A stretch of DNA of 63,502 nt, the filler included, from Pelomyxa schiedti (Eukaryota > Protista > Evosea): assembly GCA_020536535.1 (NCBI GenBank). It is 5 parts of 5 records of this genome, joined end to end, with 100 filler letters (N's around TTAATTAATTAA, not from the genome) between each part and the next. Parts side by side here need not be neighbours in the genome. Positions count along the whole stretch, not along the records: positions 1 to 21,164 come from JAHLWZ010000374.1; 4 more parts are not named here. One strand, given 5' to 3'. Positions 1-13,300 of the stretch are shown here, in pieces (the stretch's first letter is position 1; each line of letters opens with the position of its first letter). The position numbers and the translations under genes are program-made. The notes beneath the pieces were generated by a model. That model made no database searches. It had not been told where the DNA came from and worked only from the letters and a program-made list of their open reading frames with translations.

Positions 1-102
1 TTAATTCTATTCTTTCTTTGAATTCACCTTTTGTCTTACAGTACAAACGTGTCTGTCACGTCTGAGACACAACTCACACCAAACATCAAGGAGATCCTCA
101 CA

Positions 103-842
103 ATGACCTCCGACAAGGTGATGAAAGCAAGGACAACGACGTGCATCACGTCCCCCAGCCAGAAAGCATTTCCTCTCTGCTGATTATTTGTTCACCAGCC
201 AGCTAACCGAAGATGATGACGCATCAACAACAGACACAGACCGCGGCGCGGTGCTCAAGCCCACGTCCTCCTCGTTCTCCTCCTCCTCCTCCTCCTCCTG
301 TTCTTCTTCATGGCGGCGGTGGTAGTGCCACTCGGCCAACCACCATCGACTGCTTTGTCGTTGGGGAGTCTTCCTCCGACACGTATCTCCTCGACCTGCT
401 TCACAAATACAACAGCAACAAGAACGAGAACAAGACCGGTGGCAAAATGGACGGTGAGGAGGCCTCCTCATCCTCTGCAGCAGCAGCAGTTGCCCTGACG
501 GACCTCACAATCACATCCCGGATCTACATGAAAAGCGATGGTGATTGTAATTGTGATTGTGATTGCTCTTGCTTTTCTGCTGGCCGTGGTGGTGACATTG
601 ATGTTGTTTTTCACAGGAAGGGCAGTGAGGAGATGAGACCTGAGTGTGTGCAAAAGGAAGGTTCAGTGGTTTTGGCAATGATGCCATTTGGGGACCACCA
701 GTACAAGGAGGAGAACGAGGAGACAAAGAAAGCCTACATGAGCGATCTGTTGCTTGATTCTTGTGGGTCACGTCCTCTGAGCGGTGATGGGTCACTTATC
801 CTGGTAAACTTTGGTGAAAAGCAGCCTGTTTTCACACATATG
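103..842 (+). CDS. 5' fragment of a second copy (allele or paralog) of the Roc-COR-like gene at 17828; truncated by the N gap
   Basis: Bases 1-842 align to 17726-18608 at high identity. ORF 213.. encodes MMTHQQQTQTAARCSSPRPPRS...NFGEKQPVFTHM, matching ORF 17955.. apart from in-frame indels. Confidence 0.6.
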
Positions 843-1116
843 NNNNNNNNNNNNNNNNNNNNNNNNNNNNNNNNNNNNNNNNNNNNNNNNNNNNNNNNNN
901 NNNNNNNNNNNNNNNNNNNNNNNNNNNNNNNNNNNNNNNNNNAAAAGGGAGCCAGAACAAACAAGTGACGAAGAAGGCCCCCTTCTGCCTTGTTCTTATT
1001 TCCACCCTGCTCCTCCTGCAAAACTCTGCCCCCCTCGGCCTCGGCTACCACACCGCGGCCGCGTCGTATCCGTGGCACCAGCATCCCACACCAAAACGAC
1101 GACGGTCTCCTCGGTT

Positions 1117-2408
1117 ATGGGTTGCTGCACGACTACGACGACGACGGAGACGGCGAGGGACCAAGTTGGCGCCATGGCGGCCGGGGCGCACCGGCGGTGC
1201 GGCGGGGCAAGGTGCCCACTGTGGCGGATCACACGCACTTATGGGAACAACGGTGGCGATGGGGCATCGCTGGTTGCGAGGCTGGTGTGGGAGTGGCTCA
1301 TCGAAAACTCGCGGTTCTACTGCGTGGTGTGGGTGAATGAAGGCGGGCAAAGGGTGGTGATCACGTTCGGGGTGTCACTGGTGCTGCTGACGCTGACGCA
1401 CGAAATGAGGTGGTGGGTCCAGAGGCGCGGCGAGACCCTTTTCTGTGCCACTCAGGATTACTTGGTGCTGAACAGAGGCCATCGCTGCGTTCTTCAGGAC
1501 AGGGTGACTGGCCAGAGGGTTTCGCTGTTTGATTACAGGCCACTGGGCAGTAACTGGAATTCTTCAAATTCGAAATGGCTGGTGGTCTGTGACCGTGAGA
1601 AAAGGGAGATGGTTGTTGTTGAGATTCCAAAGAAAAGTGCTGCATCCCTTATCAAGAAGCCAGTTGTTGTTCCACTTGACACTGCCTGCAAGGGAGGAAG
1701 AACGTGGGAGGACTGCAGGCCAATCTGTGGGGAGAAAAATGAAGACCACGTCGAGCTGCTTTTCACTCGTGAGAGATTTTTGGAGTATGCAATTGTTGAC
1801 CTCAGGGAAACTTTTTCGTCCAAGAAACTGGTAGTGTTGAGCAAGCCAGTGCCACCACCAAAACTCCTCAGCCAATTTGACCCTTTTGTCGAAGGAGGCC
1901 TTCTGTTCCAAGTGAGAAAAGGCGGGAAGGAGATTCTTGTCACTGAGGAGTCCTCTGGTGCACACATAGTTACATTTAAGTTGTTCAAACCCTTCAAATG
2001 GTTACTGGATTGTCAATCAAATCAAAGTTCTGTGTACACGAGCTTGAGTCGCACTAATGCGGACCGCAGCGGTGATTGGTTCCAAGGTGGAATCAATAAA
2101 TGGCATCCTCAACAAGTAGAGAACGACTATTGTAACAGAAAATGATTGTGTGTATCCCAATACATGGCTCAAGTCCCACAATCAAGTTCGACGCAGGAGA
2201 CCCGCGGTGGCACACGGCGACTCTACTCCTCTCGATGCTGCCGTGTCCCACAAGTCCCGCACGGGGCCGCGTCGAAGACGATCTCGAAACGGGCTACAAC
2301 AAGCGCAACGGCGAGGACAAGGAACACTACATGGTGGAGACGATGAAGGAGACGGCGAGCTGTGATGATTCCCTGCACGAAAACAGTTTGTCCCCACAAA
2401 ATTTATGA
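1117..2408 (+). CDS. Orphan expanded-family protein (N-terminal ARDQ..AHRRCG..LVWEW motif); probably spliced
   Basis: ORF 811-2145 read after the gap. First plausible ATG is 1117 (MGCCTTT, which resembles a myristoylation/palmitoylation start). It shares the N-terminal motif with the ORFs at 33418 and 34812. The last exon is probably in ORF 2142-2408; the boundary is uncertain. Confidence 0.55.
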
Positions 2409-2677
2409 GACAAAAAAACTGGTGGTGAGGAAGCAGACGTACTGCTGTATGACCCCACATTTAGACAATAAAAAAAAAAGAACGCAGACCCACTGGCACA
2501 GCCGCAGGTTGTCCGCGCAATCAAGCGATTGTGACGTCATTGGTGTAGGCTGTTGTTGTAGTAAACATTGCGCAATGTGAGCACGTAACAACAAATTAAC
2601 AGTAACAAGCAAATAAACAAAAAAACAGGAGGCTCATCGAGCAAAAAGAAGTGAGGGGAGAGAAAAACAACCGACAA

Positions 2678-3486
2678 ATGTCCATGTATATCGACCCGGA
2701 GGTTGCTTGTTAAATATATATATGTTTTTGCGGTTTACAGTAAACAACAAACCCAATTAGAAGCTGTTTGTGACCTGCAATGACTATTCAATCAAGTAAT
2801 AACAACTGCAGGAGTTGATGGCTGCACTCGGCGCGGCAATGAACACGCCACCACCATGGGAGTTTTGCAGAAACCAAGAAAAGCTTTCACAACCACGTTG
2901 GACTGCAAGACACTTTGAGCAGGAACTTCTCCCGAGCATGGTTTCATCATGGAATGATCTGTTGGCAAGGCAGCAAAGGTAAATCACACCTTCCTTCCCC
3001 AGTAAATAGTAGTAGATCACTAAAAAACCACAACAATAATTTCACAATCAACACAGAGTTGGACTTGGTGATGTAATGCAACTCGCGGTGGAATACGGCT
3101 GTGTTTCCGGCAAGTGGTTGTTGTTTGCTGACACCGCCAGAGTGAATGACACATGGGGAAAACTGCGCCAGTCAATTCAATCAGACCCGCGGTCAGTTCT
3201 CGCACTCGCCAAGGTTTCTACAACACCGGGACAAGGAGGAAGGAGCCACGTGATATGCGTTTACACGCCTGACTTCACCGACGAGGCGGACGTGATGGCA
3301 CACAGGAGGCAGCTTCACGCACTTGGGTTCCATGCCAAGTTGACATACAAGCCTGACATTTACACTCACCTTGGAATATACCGCAAGAACAGGTTTGTTG
3401 TCCGTCTCGTGTTTGCTTTCCAGCCAACCCAACCAACAACCCACAATCACAGATGGGGCATTCCACCACATGCATATTACGCCTGA
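2678..3486 (+). CDS. C11orf68: UPF0696/C11orf68 (BLES03, DUF1917; eIF4E-like fold) homolog
   Basis: GKWLLF...W...AKVS...HVICVYTPDFTDEADV...L..LGF...LTYKPDIYTHLGIY matches the family signature. Upstream exons were reconstructed from ATG 2678. Confidence 0.85.
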
Positions 3487-3705
3487 GAAAACACAACAAA
3501 GCCTGAGTCGAACACGAAGTGGATCTGCCGAATGTCCGTCTCCAGAGCCTCAGCCAAAGAATTTCGATGTCTGGTGTCTTTGGGGGACGAGATGTCTTTG
3601 GCACAGCAGAAGCAACCTGTTAAAAAAAAACAGAGATTCACACGGTTTTTGTGCCTACAAAACTCTTTCTTTTGTTTTTTGTATTTGTTGAGGTGCGGCA
3701 CGACG

Positions 3706-5330
3706 ATGAGCGGAGGTGTCGGCGCCGGATCTTGGCGTGGTGGTGGCGATGCGGAAATGCGACACGGAAACGGGCCTGCTTCGTCGGTGTTGTTGTCTTC
3801 AGAGCCAGCGGCGACGTTTTTGGAACGGCCGACTGTGTTTGATGTGTACGTGCAGGACAATTTGGCTGCTGCTTTGAAGCCTGCTCTCAAGTTTTTGGCC
3901 AAAGTGTGCTTTACGGTTTTGTTTGTTTTGTTTTGTTTTGTTTTTCCCCTTGTTTCTGGGATGCTGGCGGAGTCTCTCTCAAATGACGTACCTTTTATCC
4001 TTATTGCGTTTGTAACTGTTGTTGTATTTCACACAAAGAATGCCGGGAACTACTTTCCTGTGTTGAGGCCAGTAAAGAGCCACTTTGATGTGATCTTCTA
4101 TTCTTCTTTGCTTGTTGCAGAAGCTTTTTCACTTCGGAAATACAGTATTTCACTCCTTTTCCCAATAAAGAAACCAACCCTGTCGACAATGCGCTGCACA
4201 GATGCGTCGATTGCGGAGCATTTTTATTCATTGAGGAGAGAATCTCTCAGTCCCAATGCGACATGCAATCTCTCAGGGAAGCAAAAGTTCGTTTCTCTGA
4301 TTTTCCTTGTGAGGATTCATTGGCATTTAATTTATTTATTTTAATACTTAAATGGTTTTTTTTTTCCTTATGTTCCGACATACTCACGTTTGGCAGGTTG
4401 GGGTTCCTGCACTGTTTGATAAATTGACCAAACTTCACAAGTCACTTGGAAACTCTGGAATTGATGAAGAGCCAGCTCCTCTTCATCCCCTTTCAGCAAC
4501 TTCAAGAGTATCATTTCATCCAAAAGCGAAGACTCAAAGCAATAATGATGCCAAAACAAAACAATAGGTTTCATTTCGGCAAAGATTGTTGCAAGTGAAA
4601 CTTACGACATCTCGAATGTTTATCAAGTGGTTTGGCTGGGTCAAGGCAATCTGGGAACTGTCTCGCCTCGCGTTTTACATCGGCTACATGCGGGACAACA
4701 AAAGATGGCCAAACATTTCATTCTGGCTCACAAATTGCAGCCTTGAGCATTCTGGTGCAACGGCCCCTCAACAGTCCTCCCCAACTTTGTCTCAAAGCAA
4801 GGCAACCATTGGAAGACTCATTGATCTCACACAGCGGTGTGTCATTTCTCACTATTATTTTTCCACCAACCAGTGCACTCTTCAGGATTCTTTCCACTGG
4901 AATGTGGTGGATGGGTGAAGCGGCCAGATTCCTAGCGCCATTGCTTCTGTTTGGATATCAATCCCTTGAGTGGTGGTATTCCGTTCCAGCTTCCCACACA
5001 ACCAGCAACGAGGAAACGTTGCCGCCGCCTCCGCCGCCACAGGTTTGTTTTCTCTCAAATTTGCAAGCAACCCGCACACTGACCGCCAACAAGCTCTGGC
5101 CTGGAGTGACCGACTCCGTTCTGAAGCCCTCTGACAGGTGCCCCCTGTGCAGCAGGCGGCGCACCAACGAGGCCGTTCTGGCCTCCTCCGGCTTCGCGTT
5201 CTGCTACACGTGCATCATGCCGTACGTCCGCTGCAATTCGTGCTGCCCCCTCACCGCCACACCCTCCACCAACTCCCAAGTCTGGAGACTCTACTCCAAC
5301 ACCAGCACCTCCACAAACACAGACTCATAG
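3706..5330 (+). CDS. PEX12: Peroxin-12 (peroxisomal RING E3 subunit), multi-exon
   Basis: N-terminal RPTVFDVYVQDNLAAALKPALKF. C-terminal degenerate RING CPLCSRRRTNEAVLASSGFAFCYTCIMPYV...CPLT...VWRLY is diagnostic of Pex12. Confidence 0.92.
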
Positions 5331-5632
5331 CCGGGCACACACAAACCACACAGCCACATTACATTATCACAATTCCATGGAATCACTGATACTCACCCAA
5401 TTCGCACCAACAACTACACCACAACCTCTCCCCAAAACCAGTCACAATCACCCCCCTTTCACGGTATTTTTCCCAAAGACCCCCTCTATCATCAACCATC
5501 AAGCCACAATAAAAACCCCTCCTCAATCAACAACAAGCCGAATCGTCGTACGAACACCACCACCAACCCAAACAAACAACAAACAACAACACCAAAGGAG
5601 GGCAAACAATAGGAGTTGCATTTTTTTTTGAA

Positions 5633-6660
5633 ATGCCTATTGTGTATAGCGTTGTTACGGCGAACGGTGCAATTGTTGCTGAATGTACATTGGCTAGGGA
5701 CCATGTGTGTTTCACACGTTTATTATGTGGGAATTATCTCATTTGTGTTGCTATTAGGACTTCAGGCCAATTGTTAATCTTTTGCTTGAGAGGATAGTTC
5801 TGACACCGAACATGAGGAAGTCATACACCCACGAGAAGTGTGTTAGGAAAAATATTCTGGAACCTATCAGCTAACCTTGAATACTTAGCTTGACTTTCAA
5901 TTACATTGTGTCTCCTATGTCAGTACTTTTCTTGTGCGTTTCTGACAAGGAATTCCCAACAAGGTACTATAATGCAACCCATACCAACACTTTATTTTAT
6001 TGCGGAACTTCTCACATCAACTCCAGAATTTCATTTGCCTACTTACAAAACCTCATGGCAGAGTATGCCCCATTGAAATTCAACGAAGAATTCCTACGCT
6101 CAAAAATGGTACATCAATATGTATTACTTAAATTAAAATAAATCCCTGTATGTGTATCTTCTTGTTCACTCTCGTGCTTAAGGACTTCTACTCCAATGAC
6201 CCCAAAGCAGACAAAATACTCACCATCAAGAAAGATGTAGAGGCAGCCAGAGAAGTTATGGTTGAGAACATAGAGGCCGTTCTAAAACGGGGTGAGAAAC
6301 TAGACGACTTACTCCAGAAGACTGACATGCTGGCCACTCATGCAACTACATTCCAAAAGGGTGCCACCAAACTCAAGAAACACATGTGGTATGTGAAATA
6401 CTTATCTACTAAATACTTCCTATTGTTCTCTATTGAACCAAAAAATCGAAAGCAAAAACCCAAAGATACTATAAACAACAAAAAACATATTAACAAAAAA
6501 AAGGTGGATGAACGTGAAGCTGTGGCTAGTTATTGGTGCTATTGTGGCTGTATGTGTTTATCATACATTCATTTGTACTTAAACAGCGCACTCTTAGGTA
6601 ATTCTGCTGGTTATCATTTGGATTGCATGTGGTTTGACATTCCAGCGTTGCCGGCCTTGA
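5633..6660 (+). CDS. VAMP7: Longin R-SNARE, VAMP7-like
   Basis: MPIVYSVV..(longin), YLCVSDKEFPTR..., SNARE motif VEAAREVMVENIEAVLKRGEKLDDLLQKTDML...FQKGATKLKKHMW, then a TM segment ending IACGLTFQRCRP* at 6660 after splicing. Confidence 0.88.
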
Positions 6661-6858
6661 GTTACTCCATTGCGGTCTATTTCCACAGAGAACTCTTTAT
6701 GTACAAACCCACCAAACTAAAAGTCAAGAACAAAAAGGAAAGCCTCTAGTATTTCAAAGAGGGAACTTGTTTATTTGAGTTTGGAAAAAGGAAATGATAC
6801 TACATAGTGATAACATTAAGTTATTTACAACCATGTGCGCCACCATGCTGCCGACTTT

Positions 6859-7643
6859 TCATAGGGTCCGGTGCAACCAATCAAAGCCTTCAGAAAGGCC
6901 AACACCTTCAGTGGCAACGCTTGCCTGAATTGTAGTAAGTCAGAAGCCACAGGGCACAAATTTCCGGTAGTACCTGGATACACCACTGCCGGTGTGTGAG
7001 ATGTTCCAAGCCAAGTGCAGAGGAGACTTCATTGGTGAACATAGCCCCTGGTTTGTCTGTCTTGTTTGCGAATACTTTTATACATAAGGATGCAAAAAAC
7101 TTAGACAGTGAGTGTCCTCACCTAAGACAGGCAAGCCTCTTAATTCGGGTGTTTCCATTAGTAATTTGAATTCGTGCGCTGATTCATCCATCCTGCCTCT
7201 GTCTTCACTATCTACGACAAATATTACTGCATGAATGCCTGTGAACTAAAGGAAAAGTTAGCGATGTATATTAAATTAAGATAAAATTTATGTTTAATCG
7301 AGTTTTTGAGTGTGTACATAGTCTCTCCACATCGCCCTGTAACGGTCCTGACCTCCTGTTATTTATCAGATATATTCACAAACTTGTATTATGAGCTGTA
7401 CCCAAATCCCAGATTGTGAATTTAGCCTTTTTGTAAACTACAGTTTCCACAGTAAACCCGAGAGTGGGCTTAGTTATTACTTTGATATCGCCTTTGAACC
7501 TCTGTACAATAGCTGCATTGTTTTGGTTTGTAAAAAAAAAAAGTGTACTTGGCAGAAAAAGAAAGAAACGCACTCGTTTTGCCAGCACCATCCAAACCAA
7601 CCATAACAACACGCAGATCTTTACGTGAGAAAAGTCCTCCCAT
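6859..7643 (-). CDS. Arf/Arl family small GTPase, multi-exon
   Basis: Minus strand reads MGGLFSRKDLRVVMVGLDGAGKT (G2 myristoylation, P-loop), KPTLGFTVETV, FTIWDLG, VFANKTD and ASVATEGVGLSEGFDWLHRTL*. Confidence 0.9.
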
Positions 7644-7692
7644 CGCCTACGACGTATACCCACGTTCACGCACCGCCGCTAACGCGTAACCA

Positions 7693-8034
7693 CACCAGAT
7701 CTTCTTTGTTGTTTCCTTTTGGCAATTTGTTGAACATCCTTTCACAGATCTCGCAGGGCATTTAGATTGTAACAGGTAATTGACACCTTCACACTCACTT
7801 CTCTACTCTCAGTNNNNNNNNNNNNNNNNNNNNNNNNNNNNNNNNNNNNNNNNNNNNNNNNNNNNNNNNNNNNNNNNNNNNNNNNNNNNNNNNNNNNNNN
7901 NNNNNNNNNNNNNCACCAGATCTTCTTTGTTGTTTCCTTTTGGCAATTTGTTGAACATCCTTTCACAGATCTCGCAGGGCATTTAGATTGTAACAGGTAA
8001 TTGACACCTTCACACTCACTTCTCTACTCTCAGT
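7693..8034. repeat. 121-bp exact duplication flanking a 100-N gap (assembly overlap)
   Basis: 7693-7813 is identical to 7914-8034. Confidence 0.9.
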
Positions 8035-8285
8035 CGTCAATCTCCACAGCATCCAACTTTCCCTTCAACAACCTCCATCTCAAGTCTGAATCCCCCCTCA
8101 TCAATTGTTACTTTTCTTTCGTGATACACAATTCCCCGGCGAGGTCGTCACCTCCAACAAAACCACCATTTTAAAAAAAAAAAAAATACAACCCGTGCAC
8201 AGGACCGTGCACGCTACACACAACACAAGTCAACAAAGGCAAATAACAAAGCAAACAAGCGTCAAAAGGAACTACCGCAGCGAAG

Positions 8286-9020
8286 ATGGGGAAGAGAAAG
8301 GGAAGGAAGAGGAAACCACCGCCAAGAAAAATCAAACTCACGGTGCCTACGCAGTTTGACTGCCCCTTCTGCAACCACGAAGATGCTGTCGAATGCAAAA
8401 TGTGTGTGGTCATACATTCACGTCAGTCTGTGCATTTTGTTTCGTCCCTCAGCCACGCCACATTAGCGTCACGCTGTTTGTCTGTCATATACTGTTTGTA
8501 ATTAACCAAGTTCAGGGACAAGAAGGACGGTATTGGAACCGTTATGTGCAATGTCTGCAAGGTCAACTACAGTGTAAACACAAACGGTAACTCTTCTCAT
8601 TTGTTTTAAGAGCACAAATAATTAAATATTGTACCTCCGGCTGAACTAAAACAGCCCCACAAAAACTGAATGCTAATCATCACATCAGCCCTATCAGAGC
8701 CAATAGATGTGTATAGTGCGTGGATAGACCACTGCCACTCTACCAACAAGAGGGGCGCAGGTCACAGCGGAAACATTGGTGGCCCCACGCAGGATGAGTA
8801 CTCCCAGGATGACGAACCGAATGATCAAGTCGAACAGCAAGAGGACTACTACACAAGCAACGTTTCCGGCGAAGGAACCTCAGCTCCACCAGAAGAGGGA
8901 GCCGGCTCTGCTGCGGAGGGAGAATACACCACTACGGAATCCCATGAAACTGAAAATTATGATGAAGCTGAAGGTGAGCCCATTGAACCCACTTCCAAGA
9001 GAAATAGAGCCGGTCACTGA
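8286..9020 (+). CDS. ELF1: Transcription elongation factor Elf1 with acidic C-terminal tail
   Basis: MGKRKGRKRKPPPRKIKLTVPTQFDCPFCNHEDAVECKM / GIGTVMCNVCKVNY / ALSEPIDVYSAWIDHC across exons. Confidence 0.95.
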
Positions 9021-9223
9021 AATGCATTACCGGTTGTCTTCCCCCAGTCCTCACACATCACACCAAAGTTTGTCTTTCCTAGTGAATAACAAAACAATAC
9101 AACCGCAATTTTTGCGATCTTTGTTTACTATCTAGCGCTACCATAGTTCGAAACAGAACTTCCTCTATGTGCAACTACGTAAAAGAAAGCCCCAGTCATT
9201 CTTATTTTCACGGAAGTCGTGTG

Positions 9224-10029
9224 ATGATTGGGTCTACGCTTGTGTACCTTATTGACCACGAGAATGAGGCCATTCTATTGGCAATGAAAAAACGAGGTTT
9301 TGGTGCTGGGAAAGTCAACGGTCCTGGTTAGTGAGTGTTAGTGCTATTGCTTGTGCTTTATTTTCTTTTCATTTTATTCTTTTTTTGTTGTTGTGGGTGT
9401 TGTGACCTTTCTTTTTTGTTTTTCTTCAAGTCATTGATTGATGTTGGCGTGGAGGTGGAAAAAGAAATAAAGAGGAGTCATTTAGGGACTGTGCAGTGCG
9501 TGAATGTGTGGAAGAGACCGGCCTAACACCCCTTGACCTTGTGGAAATGGGTGTGGTCACATTCATATTTCCGGGTATGCATACCCGGATCCTTTGCTTT
9601 AACCTTAATATCTATATATATTAATGCTCAGAATGCTCTCTAATGTGAAATAATTAACGCGAAATACAACTAAATAAACAAAAGGGAAAAGGGAATGGGA
9701 CCAGGAGTGCCATGTATTTGTTGGGACCAAGTGGGAGGGCACAATGCAAGAGACCAATGAAATGTTACCTCAGTGGTTCCCCCTTCACAGCCTACCTTTC
9801 TCACAAATGTGGGATGATGACCCCCTGTGGTATGACTGACTGTCTCTGTTCCGTTATTCGTTTTCATACATTTTGACTAGTCCTATAATTTCCTTGTCAT
9901 GATACTGACTTACCAAAATGAAACAGGTTGCCAAGAGTTGTTCACGAGAAGCTTCCAGTGAGGAGAGAGTTCCACTTTGACATCAACAACTCAATGAGAG
10001 TTCTACTCCACATAAACAACGACCCCTAA
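9224..10029 (+). CDS. NUDT1: Nudix hydrolase, MTH1/NUDT1-like (8-oxo-dGTPase); not in ORF track as a unit
   Basis: Spliced reading gives ILLAMKKRGFGAGKVNG, Nudix box GKRNKEESFRDCAVRECVEETGL, and PQWFPLHSLPFSQMWDDDPLW. These parallel the MTH1 motifs LLGMKKRGFGAG and W...MWPDD. Confidence 0.85.
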
Positions 10030-10301
10030 GGCCCCTTTTCAATCTGAAAGCGTTTTCAGACACATGTGCCGGAGTCTTTGATTTAGGAGAAAAGAAGCAA
10101 AAAAAAACGAAAAAGTCGAAAAAAGTCTGGGCGAGTTGCCGCAGGACTCCGAAAAAAGACTTGTTGGGGGAACATGCCGAACTTTGTGGCGTTGGAGACA
10201 AGTTATTTTCTAAGCTCTTTTTAAACTCAAATAACCAAAAAAAAAACCAAAACCCAAAAACCAAAAACCAAACAACAAACAGTAGTACTAATAACATTTG
10301 G

Positions 10302-13300
10302 ATGTTACCTCATAACCAACAACAACAAAGGCGAGGAGGACATAATGGTGACAGGGGCAGAGGGAGGGGCCGTGGTGGACGTGGAGGTGGACCAGGGTCC
10401 GCGGGAAAGGAACAGTTCCAATGGATTCCTCTCGGTTCTTTCAATGGGGACAGGGTCGCTTCTGGGACCAGCAGCCATTTCCGGATTCAGCTGACTTACC
10501 CCAATGCAGAGAAAGTGCTGGTATGAGCTTTGTTTGTTTTCCGTTTTTATTTGCGGGATGTAGGGTTATCTTGTTTTAGTGAACTAGAATAAAGCCTCAC
10601 CTTGAACAGAATGCTGCTTGGATGCAGGAGGACTTAAGGTTGAAATTCTGCCTGTTGAGTAAAATTCTATCACCTTCGGCTTTATCCTGTGCCGAACCTA
10701 TTCCTGCAGTTCACACTATGCCTCCGGCAGTATCTTTTTATCCACTGGAGGAGGTATTCGAAGGCCGCCTGGGTAAGCTGCGTGATCAATGCGCACAAGC
10801 TGGCAATGGCTGTGCTGCCGTGGAAGTCTTTTACGAGTTCAGTTTCTCACAAGAGAATTCATGCTGTTTCACTTTATACCAGTGCTTGGCTGCCCCAAGT
10901 AGCGGCGCTCAGCCTCTGACTGCACAGAATATGTCCCAGGCCCCAGTGGCCTCTGTGACAACTGGTGTTCTGGCCCGGCGAGATTGGGGGCGGGCTTGCC
11001 ATTTCACAATTATACTGGTTGCTGATGGTGATAACGTAAGTCAAAACCTGTATTGTCTTGGAATAATATCTTCTTTTTCAGAAGGTTGCAGAGCCTCTTG
11101 GTGGAACTGTGCTTGGCACTCTTACGGCACATTTGTCATGCAACAATCCGACAGCCACACAACTGTACTTTACTTTTCTTTTCCTTTCCCCTTGATAATT
11201 CCTTTCAAGGTCGCATTTACGGTTCCCAACCCTCTTAAATGTTATGCAATCTGAGGATTTCACCACCTGGGAAAAGAAGGAGCTCTCTACATTTACTTCC
11301 CATGATGATCTTGCTTTTCTGCCAAAGATTCGAATCCACCCAGCATTTGGTGCAGCAGCGATTGTGCACTGCTCGTCATCTATCATTACAGAGCTGCTGC
11401 AGCGATGTGAAACTGTCATGGCCACATACAACAATGTAATCGCCGGAGTGGTGCCAAGTGGTTCACAGCTTCGCTTTAAATTTCAGCTTACTCCATTGCA
11501 TACTACCTCTCCACTTAATACCATGCCCCAACAGCTCTCATGCACCCTTCCACCAACAAGAACTATTGTTGAAAGACTACACTTGCAGACTCAGCGAAAC
11601 CTTCCAGTTTTTTCATACAGGGAGCAAATATGCCAACGCTTGGTAAAGGAGGGATGCTTGGTTGTTTCTTCACCTGGGGGTGCTGGGAAGAGCACCCAAA
11701 TTCCACAATACCTCGCCGATGATCCAACATTAGGTGTGTATTACCTTAATCGTATACCTCTACTCGAACTAATTCTTTTAAGGTCAAGGAGTTATTGTGT
11801 GCACCAACCCTTGTCATCTGGCGTTGAAACTTCTCAGTAGGCAGGTTACTTCTGAATTTGAAGGTATACAAGGAACAAAGGGGAGCATGGTCTCGCTAGG
11901 CAATGACGTCATTCTGAACACATGCAAAATCCTCTTCATGTCAGAAATGGGATTTATAGCAGCAGCCAAAAATGACCCAATGCTATCTGGTGTATCGGTT
12001 CTGATTGTGGATGAAGCACAACAAAGAACAGTGTATACTGACCTTGTCCTCAGCATTGGGCTTTCATGCTGGAAGAACACAGCGCGGCAGGGTCAACTAA
12101 GACTCCTTGCGTGCACATCCAGCTTACACTCGCAATCTCTGTGCAGTTATCTTGGCTGCTCCAGGCCTGTAGAAATTGTTATGCCTGGGCATCCTCATTC
12201 TGTGGAAACTCTCTTTTATCCTCCAATCTTGAGCAAAAACCCCAACAAATTTGCTACGCAAGTGCTTGAGGTTACATTAAATCAAGTCCAGCAAATACCC
12301 ACTGGAAACACTTTAGTGTTCCTTCCAGGGACACTTGAGATTGCACTTGCACGAAAATTTCTCCGCAACGCCAAGGTGGACTTCTCTTCTCGGGAACTCC
12401 ATGAAGAAGCCAAAGCAGCGGGTGAGTATGAACACATGTAAACTTGCAAAACTGACTCTCTTTCAAGATATCACACAGTTTGGTCACGGAAACATACGGC
12501 ATATCATATTCTGCACGGAAGCGGCAGAATCAATTTTCACTGTACCAAATGTCACCCTAGTGATTGATTCAGGGCTGAATCAGTCAAATATCTGCCGGCA
12601 AGAATCACACTTGACTGTAAGACAAGTAACCCGCATTTCAAGGGGTTCTTCTGCTGAAAGAATGAAACGGGCCAGTCTCCGGTATATTGGGCTCTATGGG
12701 TCACAAGAGATGCTCCCTGCCTTTGGGTTGCCAGAAATTAGCCACGCCAATTTGGATGGGATCATTCTGCAAATTATTTCTCTTGGGTTTGACCCTTGTA
12801 CTATTCCACTCCCTACAAAACCAGACCCTGTGCAGGTTGATAGGTCACTGGCGTTTCTCACGCAGCTTGGTTGCATTTCTAAGGCCCCTGACAAGGCATC
12901 TAAGTATACAATGATGCCACTCGGCCGCGCCTGCTCCAAGTTAGGAATAAGTGACTTGAGGTTGGCAGCTTTTGTTGCCAAAGCTTTCACAAAGTTCGGC
13001 CAACTCCAAATGGCTTGTACTATCGCTTGCCTTTTATCCTCCCCGGAAAGTGTCTTTGCCAGCAGTATCTTGAACCCACATACAAAATCGGCAGCAGCCG
13101 TGGGGCATATGAGTGATGCCAGCCTATTTGAAAGTGATATTACGTTTCTGTGCGAGAGATACTGTATGTGGGAGAAAAGCGGCTATGCCTGCCATATCCC
13201 CACCCACCAGGAAAGACTGCGGAAACAAAGGAGTTCACAGTGCCAAGAATGTATGCATCAATCAGCCTCTACCCTTGGCCTCAACAACCACGTGATGAAG

